Shown here one piece after another: positions 13,618 to 28,299 of a DNA stretch of 64,000 nt. The stretch's first letter is position 1; the number at the start of each line of letters is the position of its first letter. A model generated the notes under the pieces. It had not been told where the DNA came from. It worked only from the letters and a program-made list of their open reading frames with translations, and ran no database searches. Source of the stretch: the human T2T-CHM13v2.0 reference genome, Homo sapiens; assembly GCF_009914755.1 (NCBI RefSeq), contig NC_060937.1; one strand, 5' to 3'. A program made the translations under genes and the position numbers.

Positions 13618-16600
13618 AAAAGACACAGAAAAAAGAAAGAAAGTGTAAGAATAATGAATGTTTCTCTATCAATGGCTAGTTCCTGGTCATCCTTGGTAGG
13701 AAATAAACAAGTAGGTAAGTCAAGGATAGCCTAAATTATGTTTAAAACTTTTTGTGAACTTAAAGTACATTATATGTTTAGAATGATTTTGTTTTCTTTT
13801 TGTCTGGATTCTCGGGTTTTTTTAATTATATGGCTATATTTTACAAAATCAAGACTTCCTAGCACCCAAACCACTGGCTTAGCTAATTTAATCTCTCTAC
13901 AACTTCATTTCCTCATCTGTAAGTTAAGACACATGCAGAATACACTCCGCATCTGTCAACTTCATAAAACCATGCTGAATATTCAGCATTTTGCAAATAT
14001 TGGTTTTTAGACCACCTGTTCTCTACACCATATATTATGTCATAAAAATCAGTATGTGGCAATATAAGCTGATACATAGTTTTAGTTTCAAATACACAAA
14101 CATGCTTATCAAAGTAATACACTCCCAAGACTCAAGAATTAATGCTCTTTGCCACAATTTGCTAACTTTTCAAATGTTTAAATAAGTTTAAGAAACTGAT
14201 TGCACACTTTTTTTTTTTTTGGCTGCTGCTGATAAAAACTGGGATTCCCTAGAGCATGCTGAGGTTTCTGGACTTATTTGACCACAGAACCTCGTTCTCA
14301 CAGTGGAAATGTGTGAGAAACACATTTTAGAAGCAATATATTAAATGGTATCTTTTTATGTCTTTAAGTAAAAGTTCTCCTACACAAACTAATTTTGGAC
14401 TGTGGTCGATAGCTCAAACCTTTAAGCGCAGATAGACATTAATACTGTGCTATTCTTTCAGCCTGTGAGGAAAGGAGTGCTGGAGTTCAAATTATCAAAT
14501 CTCGTTAGCCCAGTCTGAGGGCCATGAAGGGAACCTCTCAAGTTCTAAGTGGGTGTTCTCATGCCCTTGAATGGCTCATGGAAATTCATCCAGGTCTCAG
14601 GAAAAACAATACCTTTTACAAAAAGAAAGGCATCTAGAGGTATCTGCTGCTTTTCTGCAGGAAGGACAACTGGGTTGTCTATGCAGAATACACTAATAAG
14701 TCATAACAGGGGAAAATGTTCAAAACGCCAAAAACATAAGAATTTGAGTTTCTGACATAAGCAGCCTTATTGAATGATTACTGGATTTTTCAGATATCTT
14801 CTACCAAGGAAGAGAACGGGAAGACACTCAAATTACTCTTCAGATCCAGGTGACAAGCCAGGACTGCTAAGCGAGTTCCTTGGGAAACTAATCTCCAAAA
14901 AGGACACAAGACATCCATACATGTTACCTGAACTCCTTTCAGGGAGAGTATTGCATGAAGTCTGAAATCATACTTTGATAAGCTGCTTGGGAGCACAGAC
15001 TGACTTCCCTCATGGGACATGAATAAGTAGCTAGCTAAATTGCCTTCTAAGGAAGGTGAGAATGACAAACTATCCTAAAATAACGTGATCACGCAGAATT
15101 CTTAAATGCTTTTTGGTAGACAGGAGAAACCACAGAAGTTTGAGTTAGGTGAAGGTTAGCTACACCTTTATAATCAGGCTACCAGGTTATAATGAAAAGC
15201 AGCTCTCCAATCAAATCTGCCACACATACAGATATTCATTTAACAAAACATTCAGTAGCAAGCAGGCACCGTACATAAGCTTCTGTAAGCTTTCTGTACT
15301 TTAGGTGCTCCAAGCATGAAAGGTTCATTCTCAACAGAATCCTAATATTCCAGAGGCCAAAATCTTCCTAAACCTTCCTGGAGATAGGACCATATGAGGA
15401 TCAAGCCTGGGGTGTCATCTCTAAGTATACACTACAGGCCACATTCATAAACTTTTATCCTGTTTATGCAAGGGTGGGCTGTCTCCAAAACACTTTAGCT
15501 GATTCACAGATCTTAAAATGTCATATAATTGTAACATCCATCATGCTGCTTTGTAAGTCACCAATATCACTAATAAAAGCCCATTTGTGACCTTCACTGT
15601 AATAATTAACAATGTTTCAGGTGTTGAGATGGGACCACTGAAGACCTTTCGGTGGCCATCTCTGTGGAGTGGCTTCCAGAGCTGAGCACTAGGTCACCAT
15701 CCTGAACAGAGCATCCACCATTAGGGCAAGCAGCCACCCCTATAGGAAAGATGAAAGCAACCAGTAGATGCATGTTATCACACTGCCTAAAAATGTCCTA
15801 TTTTTAAGGACATTAACAGGCATAGAATGGGGCTTGTTTTATTTTTACAATTTTTTTTCTATTTCTATTATTTTTCTATCTCATTACTTTTCTATTTCTA
15901 TTTGCTGGGTCACAGACAGCAGCAAATTCCATACCTTTGGGGTTATACCAGCTCATGTGCAATAGAAATAGAAATATCAAAGCTCTCAGTCTACCACCTT
16001 CTGCTCCAGAGATGTGGCCCAAGCACACCTTTGGACGTGAACCAGGGCAACCCAAGGCAGAGCTGGATACCTGGGAGTTTCTCCCTGTAAGCCCTGGACC
16101 TGCTTACCTGAAAGCCAGACTGCTTCTGGCGCCACTGCCGCTCAGAAGAAGTTGGGGTCGGTTCAGCCGCTAAAATGACACAAGTCTCAGGTCTCGTGTC
16201 TTCAGTACAACCTTCTCTAAGAGGGAGAAATTTATTCAAGATCCTGTTAGCACTTTTCTCTCCTGTTGCCTTTCAGGATTATAGCTTTTCCTTTTTTCAT
16301 TTTTTAATTCCCAAAACTCAAGCTTGTTAGATCAAATCTTTACCCCATTCCTGGCAAATAACAAGGTTATTACTATTTGGCCCTACACCCACTAGTTGTC
16401 CCCCAGTACCCTGAGGATAAAGGGACTCCGTAAGGTCCCTGGGAGGGGAAAGGAATATCAATTAGTGGTCCCCCCAACTGGCTATAAGCAAACTTTCCTG
16501 TCTGTGGGCCCCAGAAACCACCACCTAGTTCCCCCACCAAAACTTTACATGATTTTAATTCTCCTGATGAGGATGAGAGGACAACATTAGCCAACAGAGA

Positions 16601-17159
16601 GGGCAGAGGATGGGATGGGACTACCTTGCTCAGAGACCCTCACCTCTAGGTCTTTACCTCGTATTGAGAATAAGCCAGTACTGGATTAAGAACTCTGTGT
16701 CCATGGCAACCCCAAACAGAATCCTGGTGCTCTGAGATTCTCCTAGAGTAGGGAATAAAACGAGCTTGGTCCAAGACTGCAGAGACTTAAAAACACGCTG
16801 TTCTGCCACACATACAGATACTCATTAAAGATGAGGGAAAAGGGCATGGGGTCGGGGAGAATGTACTAAAACCAAAGACCACAGGATAATCACCTTAGAG
16901 CAGAGACGATCTCTCCAGTTATTTTTTCTTTTGTATGTAATGGAGGGGATTCTTCTTATTTACGCTGATGAACTTTTTATCAAGTGTTCGGCTTCCTTTG
17001 TGGGTTAGAGAGAATAACCAGAGGGCTCAGTGTTTTCTAGACCATATTAAATTTCACTAAAGTAAGCAAGGTTGATAGGACTTGCAGGGGAAACTTCATT
17101 GACTCAAGCTATCATTTTCTAGGCTTGTGAGAAAATAAATAGGTGTACATTTAAAATAC

Positions 17160-17660
17160 ACTCATATTCTAGCTAGAAGAGAGGATTTTGAGTGTTCTTA
17201 CAGCAAAGAAATGGTAAATGTTTAAGGCAATGGATATGCTAATTACCATGATTTGATCATTATACCATGTAAAATGTACTGAAACATCACACTGTACCTC
17301 ATAAATATGTACAATTTGTTATGTATACATTAAAATTTTGATTATAAGAAAAAATAAACTTCAAATGTAAGAAAACAACCCAACTTTTAAAAAATGGGCA
17401 AAATATGTGAACAGATACTTCACTAATAAAGATTTGCAACTGACAAGCAAATGAAAAGAGGGCCATCATAACTGGCTATTAGAGAAATGCAGATTCAAAC
17501 TACAATAAGAAACCACTAGATACCTATTAGAATATCTAAAATTAGAAAGATGGCGTGTTGACAAAGATAGAGAGAAACTGAAACTCTCATACAATGCCAG
17601 GAATGTAAAGTGCTAGATCCACTTTGGAAAACAGTTTGGCAGTCTCTTAAGAAGTTAATT
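17160..17660 (+). mobile_element. L1M fragments (L1MA-like 3' UTR followed by ORF2 end)
   Basis: ggatatgctaattacc..gatttgatcattata; aaaatgggcaaaa..gaacagatacttcac. Confidence 0.75.
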
Positions 17661-17664
17661 AGGT

Positions 17665-18290
17665 CTTCCAGTTCCCACTCCAACATGCAGAGAACTTGGA
17701 AGTCATCACTCCCATCTTCACAACAGGAAAAAAGATAATCAAACTGAAAATCAACAACTTTTCTTAGATCTGTCAGAGAATAGAGGTCACAGGGCAAACC
17801 ACTTCCTCAAAAACTAGAGAGACAGGTGACTACAGAACATCACAGTTTACCTGAGAGCAGAAGCCACAGGAGCCAGTAATTGGTAGGAACACTTAAATGC
17901 TAGTCAATAAATTACTGGTGGCTAAGTGTGGACTAGCTTGAGAGTTAAAAACTTGTTGAAGTCCCGCCTTGGGAACCCCTTATACTTTCATGAATGTTAC
18001 TTCCAGAAACCCTAGCTGGTTCTCATGATGAAGGCTGAAGAAAATTTCCTCAGGTTCTTTAGGCAAGGAAAAGGGAAAAGCAACCATTTCAAAATATACC
18101 CTAGTTGGTGGATAGAGTGAGTGGGTACAGCAACCATTTTGAAATATGCCCAGAGCATTCTATTCTCTGTGTGAAAGCCCTGCCCTAAAGAAAAACTGCT
18201 TTATCAGGGCCTTGTCTGACATAGGGGAAAAGCAGTAAGACAACTCTAAACCCCTCTAGTTTTCCTGTCCCACATAAAAGGAGAGGAAAA
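17665..18290 (+). mobile_element. Old L1 5'-end-like fragment (L1MC/MD type)
   Basis: aactgaaaatcaacaac..gaggtcacagggcaaacc motif. Confidence 0.5.
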
Positions 18291-18299
18291 AAAGAAATC

Positions 18300-19350
18300 A
18301 TTACTAAGTCAGTATCTGAAAAATTTACACCTATGTTTTTGTCTAAGAGTACGGTTTGGGATCTTACATTTAGATATTTCTTCCATTTGAGGCTGATTTT
18401 TCTGTATGATGTGAGGAAGAGATCTAACTTCATTCATTTGTATGTGGATATCCAGTTGTTCCAGCACCACTTGCTGAAGAGACTGTTCTTTTCCACTGAA
18501 TGGCCTTGATACCCTTGGGGAAAATCAATTGACCTTAAATGTATGAATTTACTTCTGGACTCTCAATTCTATTCCATTGATCTACATGTCTATCCTTATT
18601 CCAGTACTACACAATTTTAACCACTATAAGTAAGTTTTGAAATAATAAAGTGTGGACTCTGCAACTTCATTGTTCTTCTTCAAGATCATTTTGCTTCTTC
18701 GGAGTCCCTTGCATTTTCAAATGAATTTTAGGATCAGCAAGTCAATTTCTGCAAAACAGAAGCTAGGATTCTGATAGGAACTGAGTTGAATATGTAGATC
18801 AATTTGTGGAGTACTGTCATCTTAACAGTAATGTCTTCCATTCAATAAATCCAGAATGTGTATCTATTTATTTAGGTCTTTACTTAATCACTTTCAATAA
18901 TGTTTTGTAGTCTTACATTTCTTTTGTTTTAGTCTTATTTTTTAATGCTATTGTAAATAAAATTACTTTCTTAATTTCATTTTCAGGCTACTCATTGCTA
19001 GTGTTTCTAAATATAACTGACTTTTTGCACATTGATTTTATATCTTTTGTGAACTCAATTGTTGCTCCGAGAGGTTTGTTGTTGTTATCGTTGTTGTGGG
19101 TTCCTTAGATTTTCTATATACAACATTATTTATCTGCAAAAAATACAGTTTCACTTTTTCCATTCCAATCTAGATGCTTTTTCTTTTTTGTTGTTGGTTT
19201 TGTTTTGGTTTTTTTGTCTAATTATCCTGGGTAGAACCTCCAGTACAATGTTGAATAGAAAAAGCAAGAGCAGGCATCCTTGGCTTGTTCCTCATCTTAG
19301 GAGAAAAGCTTTAAGACTTTCACCACTAAGTTTAATGGTAGCCATTGGTT
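18300..19350 (-). mobile_element. L1M ORF2 fragment, antisense
   Basis: gatatccagttgttccagcaccac..; ggcatccttggcttgttcctcatcttaggagaaaagc. Confidence 0.85.
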
Positions 19351-19872
19351 TTCCATCACCACTCAACCAGGTATATAAGAAATATGTAAGGGAGTCCTAC
19401 AGCTGGAAGCAAAAGGATGATATCTACCATCACAGAAACACATGAAAGTATAAAACCCACTGGTAGAGCAAGCACACAAATAAGAAGAACAATTCAAAAG
19501 TTATCACTAAAGAAAACCACCAATCCACAATGATCAACAATAAGAGAGAAAGAAAGGGACAAAGGACACATGAAGCAACCAGAAATCAATTAATAAAATG
19601 ACAGGAATAACCCTCACATATCAAAAATAGTCTTCAATGTAAATGGATTAAACTTTCCACTGAAAAGACATAGACTGGCTGAATGGATTTAAAAAATAAA
19701 CATGACCCAAATATATGCCAACTGCAAGAAACTCACCTCACCTGTGGAGACACACAGACTGAAAGGAAAGGACTGGAAAAAGATATTCTGTGCAAAGGGA
19801 AACCAAAAGTGATCAGGAGCAGCTATACTTATATCAGATAAAACAGACTTTAAGTCAAAAACAGTAAAAAGA

Positions 19873-20261
<389 letters not shown>

Positions 20262-20686
20262 TCAATACTGGGATACCCAGATATATAAAGCAAATGTCAT
20301 TAGATCTAAAGGGAGAGATAGACTGCAATAATAGATGAGGACTTCAACACTCTACTCAGCATTAGACAGATCATCTAAACAGGAAATTAACAAAGAAACA
20401 CTGATTTTAAACTGTGCTTTAGAACAAATGGATCTAACAGACATTTATAGACCATTTCATTCAACAGTTACAGAATACACATACCTCTTCACCAGCACAT
20501 GAAACATTCTCCAAGATAGACCATATGTTAGGACATAGAATAAGTCTCAACAAATTTTCAAAAATCAAAATCATACCAGTATCTTCTCAGACCACAGTGA
20601 CATAGGATAGGAAATCAATAACAAAGAAACTTTGGAATCTGTACAAATACGTGGAAATTAAACAACATGCTCCTGAATGACCTTTA

Positions 20687-21029
<343 letters not shown>

Positions 21030-21407
21030 AAATGTCTTGAAACAAATGAAAATTGAAAACAACATAACAAAACCTACGGGATACAACAAAAGCAGTGCTA
21101 GGAGGGAAGTTTATAGCAATAAACACCTATATTTTAAAAGTAGAAAGATTTCAAATAAACTAATGATAACTTCAAAGAACTAGAAAAGCAAGAACAAAGC
21201 AAACCTCAAATTAGTAGAAGGACAGACATAATAAAGATCAGAGCAGAACTAAATGAAATAGATTTCAAAAACAATATAAAGAATCAATGAAACAAAAAGT
21301 TCCTTTTTCAAAAAGGTAAGCAAAATCAATAAACGGCTAGTTAGACTAAACAAGAAAATGAAAAAGATGATCCAAATAAACAAAATCCAAGATGAAAAAT
21401 AAGACAT

Positions 21408-21773
<366 letters not shown>

Positions 21774-22739
21774 TTATGAACAACTATATATTAATAAACT
21801 AGAAAACTTAGAGGAAATGCATAAATTCCTTGACACATATAACCTACCATGATTGAATCAGGAATAAATAGAAAACCTGAAGAGACCAATCATGAGTAAT
21901 GAAATTGAATCCATAATAAAAAAGAATCCAAACAGTGAAAAGCCCAGGACCCAATGGCTTCACTGCTAATGACTTCACTACCAAATTCTACCAAACTTAC
22001 AAAGACAAACTAACACCAATTCTCCTCAAACTAGTCCAAAAAACTGAAAAGGAGGGAATTCTTCCTCATTCTACTAGGCTAGCAGTACCCTGATACCAAA
22101 ACCAGATAAGAATGCAACAACAAAAAAAAGACAGTTACACTCTAATATCCCTGATAAACATAGATGTAAAAATCCTCAACAAAATACTAACCAACTGAAT
22201 CCAACAGCATATCAACAAGATAACATACCAGGATCAGGTGGGATTTGTCCCAGAAATGCAAATGTAGTTCAACATACATCAATCAACAAAGATAACACAT
22301 CACATCAACAGAATGAAGAACAAAACCATATGATCATTTCAAGAGATGTAGAAAAAGGGTTTGATAAAATTCAAAAGATCTTCATGATAAAAACTCTCAA
22401 CAAACTAGGCATTGAAGGAGCCTATTAATACCTCGACATAATAAAGGCTACATATGACAAACCCACAGTTAACACCATCCTATCGTGGCTTTCAGCTTTT
22501 CCTCTAGGAACTGGAACAAGACAAGGATGTCTATTTTTGCCACTCCTATTCAACACAGTACTGGAAGTCTTAGCCAGAGCAATCAGACAATAGAAACAAA
22601 TAAAAGACATCCAAATTGGAAAAGAGGAAGTAAAATTGTCCCTCTTTGTAGATGACATGATCTTGTATCTAGAAAAACCTAAAGACTCCACCAAAAACTC
22701 TTAGATCTGATAAGTAAGTTCAGTAAAGTTATAGGATAC

Positions 22740-23033
22740 AGCCAGGTGCAGTGGCTCATGCCTGTAATCCCAGCACTTTCAGAGACCGAGGCAGGAGAAT
22801 CACCCGAGGTCAGGAGTTCAAGACCAGCCTGACCAATATGGTGAAACCCCGTCCCTACTAAAAACACAAAAATTAGCCAGGCGTGGTTGCGTGCGCCCAT
22901 AGTTCCAGCTACTCAGGAGACTGAGACAGGAGAATGGCTTTAACCCGGGAGGCGGACACTGCAGTGGGCCAAGATGGCACCACTGCACTCCAGCCTGGAC
23001 TACAGAGCAAGACTCCATTCAAAAAAAAAAAAA
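22740..23033 (+). mobile_element. AluS
   Basis: Full Alu; TSD aaagtt(a/g)taggatac. Confidence 0.95.
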
Positions 23034-24069
23034 GTTGTAGGATACAAAGTCAACATAATACAAAAATTAGTATCATTTCTATACACCAATAATAAACTAG
23101 CTGAGAAAGAAATCAAGAAGGAAATCCCATTTATCATAGCTCAAGAAAATAAAATACCTAGGAAAAAAATTTAACCAAGTAGGTGAAAAACCTCTACAAG
23201 GAAAACTACAGAACATTGATGAAAGCAATTGAGAAGGACATAAAGAAATGGAACGACAACTCATGCTCATGGATCAGAAAAAAATCAATATTGTTAAAAT
23301 GACCATACAACCCACAGCAATACACAGATGCAATAAAATCCCTATCAACATACCAGTGTCATTCTTCACAGAAGTAGAAAAAATAATCCTAAAATTCATA
23401 TGGAACCAAAAAAGAGTTCGAATAGAGAAGCAATCCTAAGTAAAAAGAAAGCTGGAGACATTACACTATCTGACTTCAACATATATTACAAGGCTCTAGT
23501 GACCAAAACGGCATAGTATTGGTATAAAAACAGGTATAAAATGAAACAGAATAGAAAACTCAGAAATAGATCCATACATTTACAGCCAACTGATTTTCAA
23601 CAAAGGTGTCAAGGACACTCATTGGGGAAAGGACATCCTCTTCAATAAATGGTACTAGGAAAATTGGATATCCATATGTATGCAAAAGAACACGACTAAC
23701 CTCCTACCTTTCGCGATACACAAAAATCAATTCAAGATGGATTAAAGACTTAAGCATAAGCCCCGAAACCATAAAACTACCAGAAGAAAACTTAAGGGAA
23801 CGACTTCAGGACACTGGTCTAGGAAAAGATTTTATGGCTGAGACTTCAAAAGCACGGCAACAAAAACAAAAGTAGACAAATTGGACTATATTAAACTAAA
23901 AAGCTTCTGCACATCAGAGGAAACAGCAGAGTGAAGAGACAACCTGTTGAATGGGAGAAAATATTTGCAAACTATTCATCCAACAAGGAATTAATATCTA
24001 GAATACACGAGAAACTCAAACACCTCAACAGTAAAAAATAATAATCATTCCATTTAAAAGTGGGCAAAG

Positions 24070-24640
24070 GGTCAGGCATGATGGCTCATGCCTGTAATCC
24101 TAACACTTTGGGAGGCTGATGCAGGTGGACTGCCTGAGCCCAGGAGTTTGAGACCACCTTGGGTAACATAGTAAAACCCCGTCTCTACAAAAACATACAA
24201 AAATTAGGCTGGGTTTGGTGGCTCATGCCTGTAATCCCAGCACCTGGGGAGGCCGAGGCAGTAGGATTGCTTGAGCCCAAGAGTTCAAGCCCAGCCTGGG
24301 CAACATAGTGAGACCTCATCTCTACAAAAATCAAAAAACGAGGTGGGAGGATCACTTGAGCCCAGGAGATTGAGGCTAGAATGAGCAGTGATAGCACCAC
24401 TGCACTCCCATCCTGTCTCCAAAAAAAACAAATACAAAAACAAAAACAAAAAGCACACACACACATACAAATTAGCTGGGCACAGTGGGACGTGCCTGTG
24501 GTCTCAGCTACTCTGGAGGCTGAAGCAGGAGAATCATCTGAGACCAGGAAGTGGAGGCTGCAGTGACTCGTGATTGCACCACTGCACTCCATCCTGGACA
24601 ACAGAGCAAAACCCTGACTCCAATAAATGAATGAACGAAT
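24070..24640 (+). mobile_element. Nested AluJ-like elements (Alu inserted in the mid A-rich linker of another)
   Basis: Left arm, inner Alu, right arm; outer TSD gtgggcaaagg. Confidence 0.9.
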
Positions 24641-25705
24641 GTGGGCAAAGGACATAAATAGATATTTCTCCAAAGAAGACACACAGGTATATGAAAAAAT
24701 GCTCGACGTCACTAATAATAAGGGAAATGAAAATTAAAACCACAATGAGATATCATCTTCACCCAATGAGAACGGCTATGATTAAAAAGACAAAATAATA
24801 ATGGATGTGGGCGAGGATGCAGAGAAAGGGGAACTCTTACACACCGTTGTGTGGGAATGTAAATGAGTACAGTCACTATGGAAAACAGTATGGAGATTTC
24901 TCAGGAAACTGAAAATAGAGCTACCATACAATCCAGCAATGCCACTACTGGCTGTTTATCTAAAGGAAAAAAACCAGTATATCAAAGGGATGATACCTGT
25001 ACTTCCATGTTTACCGCAGCACTATTCACAAGCAAAAATATAGAATCTGCCTAAGTGTCCATCAACAGACAAATGGATAAAGAAAATGCGATATATATAA
25101 TCAAGTACTATTCAGCCATAAAAAAAGAATGAAATCATGTCGTTTGCAGCAACCTGGATGGAACTGGAAGTCATTGTTACGTGAAGTAAGCCAGGCACAG
25201 AGAGACAAATATTGCATGTTATCACATACGTAGGAGCTAAAAAAGTTGACGGTGGACAGATAGATACCAGAGGCTAGGAAGGGTGTGTGGGTTGGCAGGG
25301 AAGAGTGGTTGGTTAATACAGTTAGATAGAAGGAGTTAAGTTCTAATGTTCTATAGCAGAGTAGGGTGACTACAGTGAACAACAATGTATTGTATATTTC
25401 AAAATAGCTGTAAGAGAAGACTTGAAATGTTCCCAACATATGGCAATGACAAATACTCAAAGTGACAGATACCTTAAATACCCTGATTGATCATTACATA
25501 TTCTATGCATGTAACAACATATCACATGTACATGTGTACCACACAAATATGTACAAATATTTGTTGTGTACCAATTAAAAATAAACAAAACTTGAAAAAT
25601 ACATTATATCTACACAATGAAATATTATTCAGCATTAAGACACTGCAAGTTGGATGAACCTTGAAAACATGCTACATGAAAGAGTGCATAAAAGATCACA
25701 AATTG

Positions 25706-25910
25706 GGCTGAGCGTGGTGGCTCACGCCTGTAATCCCAGCACTTTGGAAGACCAAGGCGGGCGCATCGCTTGAGCTCAGGACTTCCAGAGCAGCCTGGGC
25801 AACATGACGAAGGCCGTCTCTACAAAGAAATTAGGCAGGCGTGGTGGTGCGCGCCTGTGGTCCCAGCTACTGGCTACTCACCAGGGTGATACAGGAGGAT
25901 CACTTGAGCC
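25706..25910 (+). mobile_element. 3'-truncated Alu
   Basis: Alu body stops at gatcacttgagcc. Confidence 0.9.
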
Positions 25911-26215
25911 TTTCCTGCCTGCTTCGCTGAAGGCATCATGCACTTTCACGGCTGGGATCAACTCTTCTGGAAGCAGGTCCTAGCAGGACTGTGGGTGTCC
26001 ACATCCAGGATTAGGGTCCTGCATAGAGCTTGGAATACTTACCCCTCAATCTGGGGGGAGGAGCAGGGGCTGGCGCCTTAAGGACTTACTGTCCTTCTGA
26101 CCAATCCTGATGTTTCCAAGGCACTGGGGTTTTCAGGACTGGATAAGACTGTTCTAAGGCCACAGTGTGGCAACTGCAGTGTGGCAACTGCAGCGAGTCA
26201 GAGGCCAAATCCTCA

Positions 26216-26611
<396 letters not shown>

Positions 26612-26799
26612 CTATTAAGCAGGTATTAATGGCTCTCCATGGCTATAATAGAGGAACTCTGGGCCTTATATTCCACCCCTCGCCCAACCCGTGACAGCCA
26701 GTGACTAGCGGAGGTTCAATAAACAGTAGTCGGTCTTATTACTATCTTATTACCAGTCTCTCCGTGGAGTTCCAGCAAGAAGGGGTTCCACACCTCGTT

Positions 26800-27330
26800 G
26801 GGGACCAGCTCCCGAGCAGGGCTCCGAGCACCCTCTTGAGGCAGTGACGCGAGGGCCTGCGGGGGCTCCGAGGCTCCTCCAGGCCTCGTGGGCCCTCACA
26901 GAAATGGCAGGGCATTGGGACAAGCTGCTCCGGCTGCGCAGGCCGAAAGGTCCCTCGAGCATCCAGAAAGCTCGCCTGACCCTTATAGGCGAGGTGAGGC
27001 CCCCAACTCATATCCTGGGGAAACCATGGAGGGGGAATTCGGTTTCCACAGGCGAAGTCAACCGAAACGGCCCGCCATGTTGAAGCCTGAGCAGAGCTCC
27101 CGTCAGGCCCCGCCCCCCGGCGCCAGGCTCGCTGGGCAGCGCCTCCTCCCGGAGGTCCCTCCGCTGGTTCCTTCATTCCGCTGGTTCCTTCATTTCGCTG
27201 AATGGTGAGTGAGCCAAGCACAAGCTGAACTGCGGGCAGGCAGTGAGCAGATACACAGGGGCCCCGAACTCAAGATAAATAAATGAATAAATACTCAAAC
27301 TTGTTCTTATAACCCAAGGCAACTGATAGG
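26800..27330. promoter_or_regulatory. CpG-rich promoter-like region, probably bidirectional
   Basis: Only non-Alu CpG-dense stretch in the window; GC box 27106-27117, YY1-like CCGCCATGTT 27072-27081, MYB-like CAACCG 27059-27064, minus-strand TATAAG ~26982-26987; outward-facing donors at 27204 (+) and 26754 (-). Confidence 0.7.
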
Positions 27331-27439
27331 CCCATTTAGGCTCTGGCTTCCAGTGACAATGAGTTCTAGATGACAAGTCTCAGAAGGAAGAGCCCCTCTC
27401 CTTGTCTGCGCTCCTGCCCTAAGCACGAAGACTCAGCTT

Positions 27440-27575
27440 TGGTCCTCACAGATAATCATTGCCATTCACCATTGGTGATTAACTCAGTCATCACTCTGGA
27501 GATTCCAAGGACTTCAGGAGCTGTGTGTCAGGAACTAAGGACAAGGACCAAATGTTATTTTTTATTATAATATCA
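27440..27575 (-). mobile_element. MER21-like LTR 5' fragment
   Basis: Reverse complement resembles the start of the MER21 copy at 49233. Confidence 0.6.
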
Positions 27576-27639
27576 ACAGCCAAAAATTTCAACACCTTTT
27601 GAATTTCAACATCTTTTGAAAAAGATGGGAGATGAATAC

Positions 27640-28125
27640 TCTCATCTTTTACCACTGAGTTCTGATGCCATGTCTGTCATTTATATTTCCATATGTGATT
27701 TGGGCTCTTTCTAGGCCCTCTTTCATTTCATTAGCTTATACATCTATCTCTGCACCAATACTACACTGTTTAACTTAACTTTTTAATAATTATTTAAATC
27801 TGGGAGAACAAGTCTCCCACTTTGGTGCTTTATTTTTAAACATAGGCTCTTCCTCATGAATTGTGACATTAGCTAGTTCAGTATTGTAAAAAAATCCTCT
27901 TGAGTTTGTATTGGAATTGCATCAAGTTTATGGATTAATTTTGGGAGAATTGACATCTTCATGATTCCATAATGATTATGTTGTTATTTTTAGTAGTGTT
28001 GCTTTTAAAATTATGTTTTCTGAGTTGTTGTTGCTGGTATATAGAAATGCAATCCTTTTTTGTATATCAATTCTGCATTCGGAAAACTTGTTGCACTCTT
28101 TTATTAACTTTGTCTATAGATTGTC
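27640..28125 (-). mobile_element. Old L1M fragment
   Basis: ttggaattgcatcaagtttatggattaattttgggagaattgacatc motif. Confidence 0.7.
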
Positions 28126-28299
28126 CAAGAGAGGCAGCAAAGTGTGATGGTAAACAGTAGACAGCCCCTTCTACTTTCTTTATTTTGTTGCCCTTTATCT
28201 AACATCTTAAATTGAATACTTAACTCAATAAGTAGTCTTTATTCCTTTTCAATGCCAGCATCTGAAAAAAATAAATGCTTCTCTAATTACTTTATCTAG

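Noticed and set aside
16658-16704. Strong-Kozak ATG (gccATGG) on the minus strand, MDTEFLIQYWLILNT
   Set aside because: Stops within a few codons under either donor choice.
24185-24712. 175-aa ORF and many similar LECSG/PASAS ORFs across the window
   Set aside because: Antisense Alu translations.
26742-27221. 159-aa and overlapping ORFs in the CpG-rich region
   Set aside because: Expected from high GC content; no recognisable homology.
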